Assembly: GCA_964016885.1 (NCBI GenBank)
Contig: OZ024763.1
Coordinates: 21,638,001 to 21,702,000, forward strand
DNA length: 64,000 nucleotides
Origin: Eledone cirrhosa
Taxonomy: Eukaryota
Direction: 5' to 3'
Positions 25,651 to 38,662 of this stretch are shown here, in pieces (positions within the stretch are counted from its first letter, which is position 1; each line of letters begins with the position of its first letter). Made by a program: the position numbers and the translations under genes. Under the pieces are notes generated by a model. That model searched no databases. It had not been told where the DNA came from and was given only the letters and a program-made list of their open reading frames with translations.

Positions 25651-26119
25651 TTGTTTCTTCTTCTTACAAAGATGGAAAAAAAACGCAAAAAAATAACAAA
25701 CACATTTCCCCACCCCACCCCAACATCCAACCCCCACCCACCCCAACATCCAACCCCCACCCACCCCAACATCCAACCCCCACCCCACCCCAACATCCAA
25801 CCCCCACCCACCCCAACATCCAGCCCCCACCCCACCCCAACATCCAACCCCCACCCTGTAATGTTCTCTTTATTATTATTATTATTTTTAGTTACGTCCC
25901 TTTACGATCTGAGTTCAAATCCCGCCGAGGTTGACTTTGCCTTTCATCCTTACGGGGTCGAGATAAAATAAAGTACCAGTAATGCACTGGGTAATTGCTG
26001 GCCTTGTGCCAAAAGTAGAAACAATTATTTCTATAAGAACTGGTTTAGGTGTCTGAACAAGGAGCTCATTTCTTTTCTTCAACAAATTAATCACCTTTTC
26101 TGGAAGTAAACTTATTCCT

Positions 26120-26120
26120 T

Positions 26121-26158
<38 letters not shown>

Positions 26159-26516
26159 GAGAGACAGACTGACATACAGACAGACAGACAGGCAGGCAGA
26201 CAGACAGGCAGACAGGCAGACAGACAGACAGACAGACAGACAGAGAGATAGACTGACAGACAGAGAGATAGACTGACAGACAGAGAGATAGACAGAGAGA
26301 GAGAGACAGACAGAGAGACAGAGAGAGAGACAGACTGACAGAGAGAGAGACTGACAGACAGACAGAGAGACTGACAGACAGACAGAGAGACAGACTGACA
26401 GACAGACTGACAGACAGAGAGACAGAGAGAGAGACAGACAGACAGAGAGACAGACTGACAGACAGACAGAGAGACAGACAGACAGATTGGCAGAGAGACT
26501 GACAGACAGAGAGACA
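26120..26516. repeat. (GACA/GAGA)n microsatellite, continued at 31121-31175 beyond the LINE
   Basis: Direct inspection. Confidence 0.9.
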
Positions 26517-29500
26517 AATTTCTGTTTATTTGCCACTAGGGCACAAAAGAAAGGGACATGTACATGGGTGGGGGGAGTTTACATAAAAATCGAGTAAGAA
26601 AAATGTAATAAGTAAAATTTTAACAAGAAGGTCCTCAATAGGGCGGGATCGTTTTGGGGTCACACACACCCCCGAAAAAAATGTGCGACCCTTCTCCACG
26701 GGAGCACAAAGAGAGGGTGCTCCCTTCTTCCTTTTCCACCTACAGGCTGAGGTAGAGAGAAGGCCCATTCACACGGGCCATTCTTGCAACTTTCACCCAC
26801 CTTTCATAAAACTGGCTGGAGTGGAGCACCACTCTCTCCATCCTGATCCTTCTTCCGAAATGGTATCGGAAGAAAAGGACCAGTTGTTGGCCGGAGAGAA
26901 AGGTGTCCGACCTCAGCCCTTTCAGACGCGTCCACCATATAACCTCTTTTACCATGGCTATTACACAGAGGAAGACCGCCTCTCCTTCATTTTTGAAGGG
27001 GGGAGGCGCTTGATCATTACAATGGACTTGGTGGTCAACCTAATTGGTCCCACCCGTGACAGCAGTTGTTCGACATAGCCCCACAGATCGGCAACGCCCG
27101 GGCAGTGCACCAATGTGTGCGCGACGGTTTCCTCGTCGCGCACGCATCTGGGACAGATCTTTTTCGAGGGGTCCCTACCCGGGCGCCCGTGTCTGTAGAG
27201 CTTATCCCGAACGGGCAGAGCCCCTCGGTAGCACTGCCAGGCCAAGGACTTCTGGAAGTTGTCCATAGGTCCCGGGCCGAAAGTCCTACCGAGTAGACTG
27301 GCCAGTTCGTCCTCCTCCATGCCTAGGGTTTCTCCGAGGGCGTCGTCGCACCTGCTAACCACCAGCCCTCTATAGAATGACGAGGTGGAGTCTCCGTCGA
27401 TAGCCGGGTCCGCCTGCCAGAGAGCCGTGAGCGCCTGGGCACACTCGGTGTGCCAGTCGCCCAGTTTTCTCGGTCTTTGCTTCACCCAGGACTGCAGCTC
27501 TGTGAGCGAGACGAGCCTCGGGAAGGCTCGCCTCACAAACGGGGCCCACACCGGTTGACCGGTGAGGAATACCTGGCGGTGCCTTAGCCTTAATGCGTGT
27601 TTACGCATTTTTAGCCACGGCATCCCCAGCCCTCCTTTCAAAGGGTGTTGACAGCAGATGGATCTCCTCACCAGAGGAGACCTCTTCTTCCAAAGGAAAT
27701 AAAAGAGGGCGAGCTCCATTTTGGCGAGGATCTCACTCGGGCAAGGCACGACAGTCAAGCGGTAATAGATGACGGACGCTATGTAAGCGTTCGCCACCTC
27801 TGCCCGACCTTTCAGGGATAGTTTGCACTCGGCCCACTTCTGGGTCAGTGCAAACACCCTATTCGTCACCTCACCCCAGTTTTTCTCCACCTGGAGGTCC
27901 GGTCCGAACCAGACCCCAAGCAACTTCACCGGGCCCTCCGTCCACCGTCCGACGATACCGTCGGACGACATCGCTTTGCCCCTCCACTCGCCGAGTTGCA
28001 AAGCGACTGACTTGTCCCGGTTCAGCTTAGCCCCTGTCAACCTTTCGTACTCCTCCAGTAAGGTACCGATTGCCTCGATTTCCGCGGTGGTCGACACCAT
28101 AAATGTTATGTCATCGGCGTAGGCCGACACCGCTTTGCGCAATCCCGGTTCCAAAGGGATGCCCTGCAACAACTCCAACTTCCGCAGTAGTGGCTCGAGA
28201 GCCAATACATACAGAAGGGAGGAGAGAGGGCACCCCTGTCGGATGGAGCGTGTGATTTCGAATGGCTCCGAGAGGTAGCCGTTCACTGTGACTCTAGACC
28301 AGATGTGGCTGCTGTGCATGGCAGTGATCCAGCCCCTGAAAATGGGTCCGAACCCAGCCGCCGCTAGCACCGCATCCAGGTAACCATGGTCCACCCTATC
28401 GAACGCTTTAGACTGATCTAAATTTATCAGGGCCCCACCAAAGCCGGGATCGTTCCCAACCCTCTCTATGATGTATCGCATGAGGTGGAGGTTGTCGTGG
28501 ATGGACCTGGACGGGATAGCACATGTCTGCGCATCTCCCACCAGGCCCCCCACGACAAGCGCCAACCTCTTCGCTAACACCTTGGCCAAAATCTTTAACT
28601 CTGCATTTAGCAGAGTTATGGGCCTAAAATTACTAATGTCATCCCCCTTGTTCTCGTCCTTCCTCACTAGCGAGACTACGCCCTTGGCCACAGAACAGGG
28701 AATTCTCCCGTTCTGTTGCCAGTTGCAGTAGACCGCCTCGAGGAGATCGGGGAACAAGTCCAGCATATTAATATATAGTTCGTAGGGCAGACCATCGAGC
28801 CCTGGAGATTTGCGTTTGCCGCATAGGCTCAGCACGTCCCCTATTTCAGCAGCTGAGATCGGCCCGTCGCCGGACCTTGCCTCCTTGTCCGAAAGATGCG
28901 GCAGGCCGTCAAGGTATGGACCGAAATCCACATCTCCAACCGGCCCCCCGCCCCTCCCGAACAATCGGGCAAAGTGCCTTTGAAAGGCCTCGCACATTTG
29001 CTTAGGTTCAAGGATCACCCGTCCATCCTGGTCTCGCAAAGACCGGATAGTGGATCTAATCCCACTTTTGGTTTCTGTCACACGGGCCTAGCTAACAGCT
29101 TTGGTCCCCTCATTTCCCAGAGCACGTATTTTGCTTCGGACAATGCAGCCTTCGTGTTTCGCGTCGAAGAACTGGCTCAAGGCCGTTCTCGACGCTTGCA
29201 CTCTGGGCACGTTGCCGCTTCTCATTGCCTCTTCAGCATTAACTACCAACTCCCTTTCCTTCCTATTTCTATCTGAGGCTAACTCATTACTAACTCCTAC
29301 TGAAACTACTCTAATCTCTCTTTCTAGAGAGCCCCACCACCTGCTGTTGACGATGGCGCCCGTCAATCGCTCCTTAACTAAGGTTCTAATCCGGTCCCTG
29401 TAAGCTCTACTTGCCGGTAAGGACAAGTTGAGCTTCCAGTAACCGGGTCCCTGCCTATGCGTTCAATCAAGGTGGACTACGCAGGTCACTAACTTGTGGT

Positions 29501-31120
29501 CTGAATAGCCAACCATGAGCATTTCTGGACAACTTAAAAAGTCCCTATCCTTAATTCTAACTAAGAACTTATCTAGGTACGATCTAGATTGACCGCTGTT
29601 ATTTGACCAAGTCCAGGTTGGCACAGTCAGAAAATCTAGTCGATATCTATCGGCCAGGTCAAATCGGCCGATTAACCCCTTGAGGCTGTTACACCCCCCT
29701 CTATCGGGACATGCCCCTACATAGTCCCAACGTGCATCTAGGATACCATTCCAGTCCCCCACTAAAAGCAAGGAGCAGAAAAGTCTCCAGACGATGGAAG
29801 AAGTCCGACCGTATTGCCCCAAAAGGGGCGTAAACGGCGGCAAGCCTAAAAGCTTCGCCTTCACCACTGCCAAGGTCCAGAACCACGAGTTGACCCTCCG
29901 GGTCCAAGTGTACCGTCTGTGTAGCGAGACCCAGATGTTTTTGCAGCAGAACGACAACCCCACCCCCACCTCCGGGCTGACAGAGAGATGCGTGCATCTC
30001 AAAGTCATCAAAGGTGGGAGCTAGTTGTCACACGCTGCTGATCCGGGCCTCGCAAATAAACATCACATTTATACATCGTGACCTGAGGTCATTTAGAAGT
30101 TTAGCTTGCTTCCAAGGTGAGCCCAGGCCACGCGCATTTAGACAACCTACTCTTAACACAGCCATATTGGCGGTAAAGAAAGAGGCACTTACCTCTCTGC
30201 GTCCCGGGGGTCCGGGCTGCTCAGTTTCCATGGGGGGGGGGGTTGTGGTGGTGTGGGGGTATTAGTGTGTGGAGGGGTTGGGGTGTTTGGAATTGTGTGG
30301 GTGTTTGAGGAGGGGAGGGGAAAACCTTTCAGGAGGACGCGATTGAGTGGCCTGGTGCAGGGTAAATGTTTTTCAATGTTTTGAAAATGTCAAGCGGGAC
30401 TTTCACCATTTTCAGGTTAGGGAGTCCCATTGCCATTGCAAAATTCGGCCCTTCAGAACCAGCTCAATTTGACTTTCTGTCAATTGAGCTGGCTTTCTTG
30501 TTGCGTTGGATATAGTCCTGAAGGTTATGGTATTCCTATATACCTGTTGACGAACTTCTTCTGAGGAGTTGATCGTAAAAGAACCATCCTCCCCAAAAGA
30601 TACGTACTTTCTGGCATTTAGCAAGTTCTGCTTAGCGTTAGTAAGTCTATGGGCTTGTATTCGATAGCTTTCCTGACTGTTTGGGCAAAAGAAACTTTGC
30701 TGTCTTTGTTGCTTTCGCTTCGTTCATTGTTGCTTGTTGTTGCAATGTTTCATCTTTTGTAGTATTTTTTCCCTGTTATTTTTTTCAAAATTTGGGTTTT
30801 CACTCGAATTAATAGTCTTTTTTCCATTCGAGAGTAGGGGTTGTCCAACAGTTTGAATTGTTGTTCCCTTTTTCTCGCTTTTTTTGGTGGGTGTGGCGTT
30901 AGCTTGCAATATGGCTTCCTCGTTTTCAACGATATCGATAAACATTTTAAAATTAAAGATTTTCACCCCAAAAGGGGCGAAAATATATTTACCCTACATC
31001 TACAGTCCCAGACGAGGGGTTAGAGTCAACAATAGTAAAACAATTTAAATAATACACTCACAAATAACCAAGTAATGATTCAAAATCGAAGAGCCGATGT
31101 GAAAGACGTCTACTATCAAC
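26517..31120 (-). mobile_element. Near full-length Tx1/L1-group non-LTR retrotransposon, frameshifted
   Basis: 5' UTR, broken ORF1 (~30260-30966), ORF2 with APE, RT and CCHC, 3' UTR with AATAAA at ~26525; flanked by (GACA)n on both sides. Confidence 0.9.
26740..30165 (-). pseudogene. Tx1-type ORF2 (APE endonuclease + reverse transcriptase + zinc knuckle) in ~5 fragments
   Basis: APE: LNARGL, VGDWN, RSYLDKFLV, YSDHKLV. RT: KSPGLDG, FRPITLLN, DQSKAFDRV, IRQGCPLS, AYADD. Knuckle: CPRC...ETVAHTLVHC. Confidence 0.92.
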
Positions 31121-31448
31121 GACAGACAGACAGACAGAGAGACAGACAGAGAGACAGACAGACAGACAGACAGACTAAAGTATATAGAAACGTTGGGGTG
31201 GGGTGGAGATGTGATATAAGAACCACTGGAGGAAAATACAACTCATGAGTAAATTTCACTTTGTAATATATTTATATTGTGGAACAAACATGTCCATCTC
31301 TCTCTCTCTCCATCTATCTCTCTCTCTCCCTCCATCTATCTATCTCTCTCTCTATCTATCTCTGTCTCTATCTCTCTCTCTCTCCATCTATCTATCTATC
31401 TCCATCCATCTCTCTCCCTCTCTATCTCTCCATCTATCTATCTATCTA

Positions 31449-31510
<62 letters not shown>

Positions 31511-32804
31511 CACCCACACACATATATACATATATATGTATTATTACTGTTGGATTGGCAGTATTGGTAAGGGTCGGACGCCATGCTTTGAAGCATAGAG
31601 TTACCTCCCTTTATGATCTGAGTTCAAATCCCGCCGAGGTTAACTTTGCCTTTCATCCCATCCTTACGGGGTCGATAAAATAAAGTACCAGTAATACACT
31701 GGAATAATTGCTGGCCTTGTGCCAAAAGTAGAAACAATTACTGTTATATTACCCCATCTGACAGTGGAGGAGCAATTGTCAGTGTCATGAGGCTTGACTT
31801 TGAAGAGAAGGAAAGAGGAGAATGAATACAACTTGGCTTTCTACTTTGTAATATATATATTATGGAACAAACATGTCTACATCTCTATCTCCCTCAGTCT
31901 GACCATATCTCTGTCTGTCTCTCTGTCCATTAAGGTTTTATTACAGCCATTGCTGTTCTCATCTCACAGTAGGGGAGCAATTTACACTGTCATGGGGGCT
32001 GACTTTCCACTTGGTAATATATTGATATGATGGAACAGACATCTCTCTCTCTATATATATATATAACTTTCTCTCTCCATCTTTCTGTTTGTCCATCTCT
32101 TTCTCCAGCTCTCTCTCTCTCTCTGCCTGTATGTCCATCTCTCTCTCTTTCTCTCCATCTATCTCTCTCTCTCTCTCTCTCTCTCACCATCTCTCTCTCT
32201 CTCTCTCCGTGTCTCTATCTCTGTCCCTCTGTCTGTCAATCTCTCCCCCACCATATATCATCAAGGTATTACCTCCCTAGCTGTCCTCACCCTACCAAAA
32301 TACACTTTACATTAAGTGTCAACCCTGTCTATATCCTCTCCATTAGGAATCATTAAACACAGTTCACTATTTCATTGATTTCAAACTTGTTAATATATCT
32401 GCTACATATTTATCTCTGATATTTGATTTACTAGTAATTGCTCTATATTTAATGTATATATATATAATATAATATATAATGTAGATATACTGGAGATATA
32501 CTGGAGATATACTGTGTATTTGCTGTATATATACTGTAGATATACTGTAATATTTACTGTATATATATAGTGTGTATATATACAGTATTTACTGTATATA
32601 TTTGTTGTGTATGTGTATATGCAGTGACTTACAAATTAATGGATAGAGTCTGCAAAAAAAAATACGTGTGTGTATATATATATATATATATATGTATATA
32701 TTTATTCGTACATATATATATATGTATATATATACACACACACACACACACACATATATATATGTGTGTGTGTGTGGGGGGGTATATATATATATGTGTG
32801 TGTG

Positions 32805-32882
<78 letters not shown>

Positions 32883-33204
32883 CATGTATTTGTTTTGCAC
32901 AAACAGAGACAAGAATAAATAACTAAATGATGATGTCACAAGTGTGAGATGAAAGAACTTTGATAGACTATACACATATATATATTTATATCTATATTTT
33001 TAACCGTTGGTCAATCAATGATGAATATTGATTACCACATAAATTAACTAGAAGTGAAAACCAATCCAAACTGTGAATGTGTTTTATTTTATTATTTCTG
33101 GCAATATTATAACAATATGATCCTCCTCAAATATAACCATATATATATATATGTTATATAGGTATATATAGAGATATGTAAAATCCCAACATGGTACCAC
33201 AGAC

Positions 33205-33289
<85 letters not shown>

Positions 33290-33397
33290 ACTGTGTCAAG
33301 TGGAGAGATGATGTGCTGAATAGGACCTGTCCAACTCTTGGAAGCAGGGAAAAGCGGACGTAAAATGATGATGATGATATATATATATATATATATG

Positions 33398-33604
33398 AAA
33401 TGTTCAGGACCCCGACGGCAGAGCTCAAGCCGTTTCGACGGTTATTTCGGAACGCTGTTTCTGAGTCCAGAAATAGCCGTCGAAACGGCTTGAGCTCTGC
33501 CGTCGGAGTCCTGACTATTTTCCTATTACCCACTCTACTACCCAAAGTATTGAGTACTCTCGTGCGTTATGGTCCACCTAGCTCTTTACCACACTTCCTT
33601 CGTT
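33398..33604 (+). mobile_element. Family A asymmetric hairpin element
   Basis: ~60-bp arms (ggaccccgacggcagagctcaagccgtttcgacggttatttc / reverse complement) plus ~80-bp tail, in (TA)n. Confidence 0.75.
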
Positions 33605-33671
33605 ATAAGTGTATATATATATACCCTTGCAAGCAGGGAAAAGTGGACGTAAAATGATGATGATATATATA

Positions 33672-33928
33672 TCATCATCATGATCATCGTTTAACGTCTC
33701 TCTTCCACGCTAGCATGGGTTTAGACGGGAATTGTCCCACTTGAGGCAAGATTGGTTGTCTTGCTTGTATAGGACTGTCTGGCAGGTTTTCTACGACTGG
33801 ATGCCCTTCCTAACACCAACCACATTTACAGTGTGGAACTGGGAGGTTTTTACCGTGTTACCTACACGGCCACATTACAGCGTGGACTGTGTGATTTTTT
33901 GTCGTGACACCTACACGTCCTCATTTAT
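33672..33928 (-). mobile_element. RTE-type 3' end remnant
   Basis: Same sequence as 1216-1580 without the duplication. Confidence 0.7.
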
Positions 33929-34121
33929 TTATATATATATATATTTGGGGAAGGTCATATTCGTGTAATATTGCCAGAATTAATAACAGAACACACTCAC
34001 TGTTTGGTTGGTTTTCGCTTTTCGCTTCTGTGTTTTTTATATCGGTTAATTTAATTTATTTGGTCCTCAATGTTGTCATTGACTGACAAACGGTCAAAAT
34101 ACAGATACAATATAGACACAA

Positions 34122-34153
<32 letters not shown>

Positions 34154-34157
<4 letters not shown>

Positions 34158-34448
34158 ATGAAATGACAGGAGGTTGGATTTGTGTAAATCCTTGAAAGGT
34201 TTATTATACTATGATCATTTCAATGACCGGGTTCCGTATAAATGATCATAGTATAATAAACCTTTCAAGGATTTACACAAATCCAGCCTCCTGTCATTTC
34301 ATTATAATATCTAACTCCGTAATAGCACCACCAACTACAAAAACAAAGACAGTTGAACTGCCTTACGTTGAGTACTCTCTATATTATTACATTGCGATTG
34401 ACCATACGGAATAGACCAGCTCTATACAGTGGTGAACCTCAAACCTGA
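34154..34448. mobile_element. Asymmetric hairpin element (~65-bp arms 34154-34305 plus tail)
   Basis: ataatgaaatgacaggagg...atgatcattt / aaatgatcat...cctcctgtcatttcattat; minus strand shows GAAA-tgatca-TA-gtat (3' half of a hammerhead) at the turn. Confidence 0.65.
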
Positions 34449-34469
34449 ATATATATATATATATATATA

Positions 34470-34658
34470 GGAACCAGTAAGACCCCGACAGCTGAGCTCA
34501 AGCCGTTTCGACGGCTAATTCTGTCCAGAATTAGCCGTCGAAACGGCTTGAGCTCAGCTGTCGGGGTCTTACTGGTTCCTATTACCCACTCTACTACCTC
34601 AAGTATTGAGTACTTTGGTGCGTTATGGTCCACCTGGTTCCTTACCACATTTCCTTCG

Positions 34659-34660
<2 letters not shown>
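34470..34660 (+). mobile_element. Family A asymmetric hairpin element
   Basis: Arms ggaaccagtaagaccccgacagctgagctcaagcc... with a very short loop, then the family tail. Confidence 0.75.
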
Positions 34661-34704
<44 letters not shown>

Positions 34705-36762
34705 TAAACCGATATATATATATATATATACTAAACCGATATATATATATATATATATACTAAACCGATATATATATATATATATATATATACTAAGCTC
34801 GTCCTATGGACTGAGTGCTCTTCATCTTGGATATTTCCACTTAACTTTTACTTCAGTATATATATACATAAGTAGTAACACAACAGTTAGTTCACCATCC
34901 CAAGAACAATTGTTTCACCTTATATATATTGTACTAACATATCAAACTGTGTACATTAAGAAAATTCAATAAAGAAATTTTATTTTCATTTCCATTTCCA
35001 TTATCATATTTATCTGTTATGACTGGCAGTACAGCAATCATCAACAAGTATGGTCTTTATTGGAGTATGGAATATATTATATAACCATAATTGTTTCTGC
35101 CTTTGGCACAAGGCCAGCAATTACCCAGTGCATTACTGGTACTTTATTTTATCGACCCCGTAAGGATGAAAGGCAAAGTTAACCTCGGCGGGAATTGAAC
35201 TCAGAACGTAAAGGGACATAACTCTATGCTGTAAAGCATGGCGTCTGGCCCTCTACCGATTCTAGTGCCATTCCACTGCTTTAATCATAATATCATAATA
35301 TATGCGAAAGAGTAAAAAAGAGAGAAAGACAGTGATATTGGCTGAATGGTTTGTAGGAAGATAGAGCTAGACTGATGGTAGAAGAATGGTTTGTCTCTCT
35401 CTCTCTCTCTCCCCCTCTTTCACTCTCGCCCTCCCTTTCTCTCTCTCCCCCTTTCTCTTTCTCTCTCTCTCTCACTTTTTCTCACTCCCTTTCTCTCTCT
35501 CTCTCTTCCCCCCTCTTTCTTTCTCTCTTTCTTTCTCGCTCTTTCTCTCTCGCTCTTTCTCTCTCTCCCTTTCTCTCTTTCTCTCTTCCCCTCTCTCTTT
35601 TCTCTCTCTTTCTACTGAGTATCTATCTATCTGTCTGTCACCTTTCTATCACCACCTCCCACTATCACCCTACCTCCCACTATCACCCCCCACCCCCCAC
35701 TATCACACCCACCACCCTCCACAGCCCCAGACAATTTACCCATCAAATGAAAGACAAATAAATGTTTGCTTTTCATCTTAAGAAGTGAGATGTATATATT
35801 GGGGGGGGGGGGGGACTATAGCAAGGATGAGAACTGCTGACTAGGGTTTGTTTCCCTGCACACACATACACACACATACACACACACACACACATGTACA
35901 CACATGTACACACATATACACATACATGCACACACATACACACATGTACACACACATACACACACACATACATACACATACACACACATACGCACACATG
36001 TACACACATACACACACCTGTACACACACACATACACACACACACATACACACACACACATACATACACATACATACACATACACACGCATACATACACA
36101 TGTACACATGCACATGTACACACACACATGTATACACACATACATACACATGTACACACATTCACACACATGTACACACACACACACACACATACACACA
36201 CATACACACACACATGTACACACACATACACACACATATACACACATACATACACCTTCAGATATACACCCACCCATATACACCCCCATACTCACAACCA
36301 CAGACACCCACACACCCACAGGAGAGTGAGGGAAAAGAGGGGGAAGAGATTGAGATGAGAGAGAGGAGAGAGAGGGGAAGGGTAGATCTATAGAGGAGTA
36401 GTGAGAGGAATGGGGAGGACGAGGAAGAGGAGGCAGCAATGATAATAAGAGGAAGAAGAAGATATAGAAGGAGAAGATATAGAAGAAGAAGAAAAAGAAG
36501 AAATGAAGAAGATATAGGAGAAAAAAGAAGAAGAAGAAGTAACAAAGAAAGCAGAAGAAAAAAAGAAGAAAAAGAAGATGAAGACAGAAGAAAGAGAAGA
36601 AGAAGGTTTAAGGCTCTTAGAAACATCTGTATGTTTCTTGTAATTGCTTCTACTGTGTTATTTATTTGTTCTGTTGCTGTTGTTGTTGTTGTGGTTGTTA
36701 TTGCTGTGATTGTTGTTCTTGTTGTTGTTGATGTCTCTTCTACTTAGGTGGAACGGCCTTAC

Positions 36763-36800
36763 TGCTTATGGATGTAAGGCTTGGCTTTTTGAGGGAATTT
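36763..36800 (-). CDS. Candidate 38-nt exon (KFPQKAKPYIHK)
   Basis: tatgttacag acceptor, GTAAGG donor, phase 0 to 2. Confidence 0.45.
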
Positions 36801-36918
36801 CTGTAACATAATACCCACTTTAAAAGGGCATGATTGCTACTTAATGCTTGAAATTACAGGAATATTCTGGGTTTCAAAGCCCACATCGAGGGAGGAATTA
36901 GTCTAAGGGTCACTTAAT

Positions 36919-37329
36919 CCTTTAGCATTTAAACCGGCCCTATCTGGCCAGAATTCTCTCACCTCTTTCTGTTCAATCTGGCCAGAACCAGCTGCTCATA
37001 TTTATGTTAAGGTATTGTTCTCAAAATAAATATCAAAATCTTATAGAATCGATATTATGTGAAATAAAGTTGTTACTGTGAAATTACAATAGTAAATATA
37101 GAATAATGTAAATGCCATAAATATAGAATAATGTAAGCCACCCATATCTGGCCAGAATTTTCTCAAATTTTTCTGTTCAAACTGGCTGTAACCAGCCACT
37201 CATACTTATGTTCAGGTATTGTTCTCAAAATAAAGAATATCAAAATCTCATAGATTCGATATTATATAAGATAAATCCTTTACCGTGAAAATACAATAGT
37301 AAATGTAGAGTAATATAAATGCTGAAGGG
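36919..37329. mobile_element. piggyBac-like MITE family 1, tandem dimer
   Basis: Two consecutive bodies between TTAA-TCCTTTAGCATTT and AATGCTGAAGGG-TTAA. Confidence 0.65.
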
Positions 37330-37751
37330 TTAAATATTGGATATATAGGCACAGACATGGCTAGTAAAAGTACTAGAAATATTTGAATTAAAAGAAACTA
37401 TAAACATTTAGAACAACACAACACTATAACTGCATCACATTAAATATTCAAGTCTTTACTCTAATACTACAAATTTTCACAACAATATCTACTAGTAAAG
37501 ATACTATAACATTTTAGTACAAAACAACACTATGACTACATCACATTAAATATTAAAGTCTTTAATGTAATACTGTAAATTTTCATAACAATCTGTCCTC
37601 TAGTGAAGATACTATAAACATTTGAATTAACAAATTTGTCTATAGATATATTCTCCTAAATCTTTACAGGGTGTTTTGAGACAATACTACAAATTTTCAC
37701 AATGATCTGTCCACTGGTAAAGATACTATAAACATTTGAATTAACAAACAT

Positions 37752-37926
37752 GTCTGGCCGCTTCCTCTTTGCACTGGTCGTCATTGAGACTTCAAGCGTA
37801 CTTGAACCCCATACTGCTGGGCTCCTCTGCAAGATCGGATCATCAGCAGCCTGTCTGAGGAAGGAGCCCCACGAGGTGGGGTGGCTGTTACAGCAGGTGT
37901 CACTGGCCATTGTCTGCAGGAATGCA
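37752..37926 (+). mobile_element. CRE-clade non-LTR retrotransposon C-terminal remnant
   Basis: FALVVIETSSVLEPHTAGLLCKIG...EVGWLLQQVSLAIVCRNA resembles the CRE RLE-domain end (F.P..IET.G...A...L..IG...L.QRISLA..RGNA). Confidence 0.6.
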
Positions 37927-38065
37927 CAAGGGCCGACATATAGGGGACAATACAAAGACAGGGACAGTGGAGGTGGGTGGGGTTACAATAAAATCAAGTA
38001 AAAATACACAATAACAATAAACAACAATGAAAATATATAAAAACTAACAAAATAAATTCCCCAAT
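37924..38065 (-). mobile_element. Tx1 3' UTR fragment
   Basis: cacaagggccgacatataggggacaatacaaagacagggacagtgg is the reverse complement of 25370-25415. Confidence 0.75.
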
Positions 38066-38350
38066 AATATACAAACAATTACAATAACATACAAACATTA
38101 ACAACAACAACAACAACAACAAACAAAAGAACAAGAAAATCTCATTATCCTTCGCCATAAATTTCTAGCTTTGTGCTTTAATTAAGAAATTGTTATTAAC
38201 AACAACAGGAACTGTTAATTGTTGTGGAGCAGCTGCAGATAACTGTGAAATGTCTAGACTATAAACATTGATAATAGAAACTGCTTTTAGAAACTGCTTC
38301 ATTTCTGCCAATTTTCTTGTCATTTTTATTTCATGTGATTATTTCATATT

Positions 38351-38662
38351 TTAACCATTTTTCATACCAACCCATCTAAAACTGTCCCAGGTTCTGTGAT
38401 AAAAACATTGTTTTAGCCTTATCATACCAACCTGTCTAAAACTGTTCCTGATTCTGTGATAAAAATATTGTTTTAGCCCTTTTTTGTACCAACCTGCCTA
38501 AAACTGTCCCTGGTTCTGTGATAAAGACACTGTTTTAACCCTTTTTCATACTAACCTGTCTAAAACTGTCCCTGGTTCTGTGATAGAAACACTGTTTTAA
38601 CCCTTTTTCGTACCAACCTGTCTAAAACTGTCCCTGGTTCTGTGATAAAGACACTGTTTTAA
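38351..38662. repeat. ~60-bp tandem repeat (5 units) starting with a piggyBac-like end
   Basis: Unit ttaaccctttttcrtaccaacctgtctaaaactgtccctggttctgtgataaagacactgtt. Confidence 0.75.
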
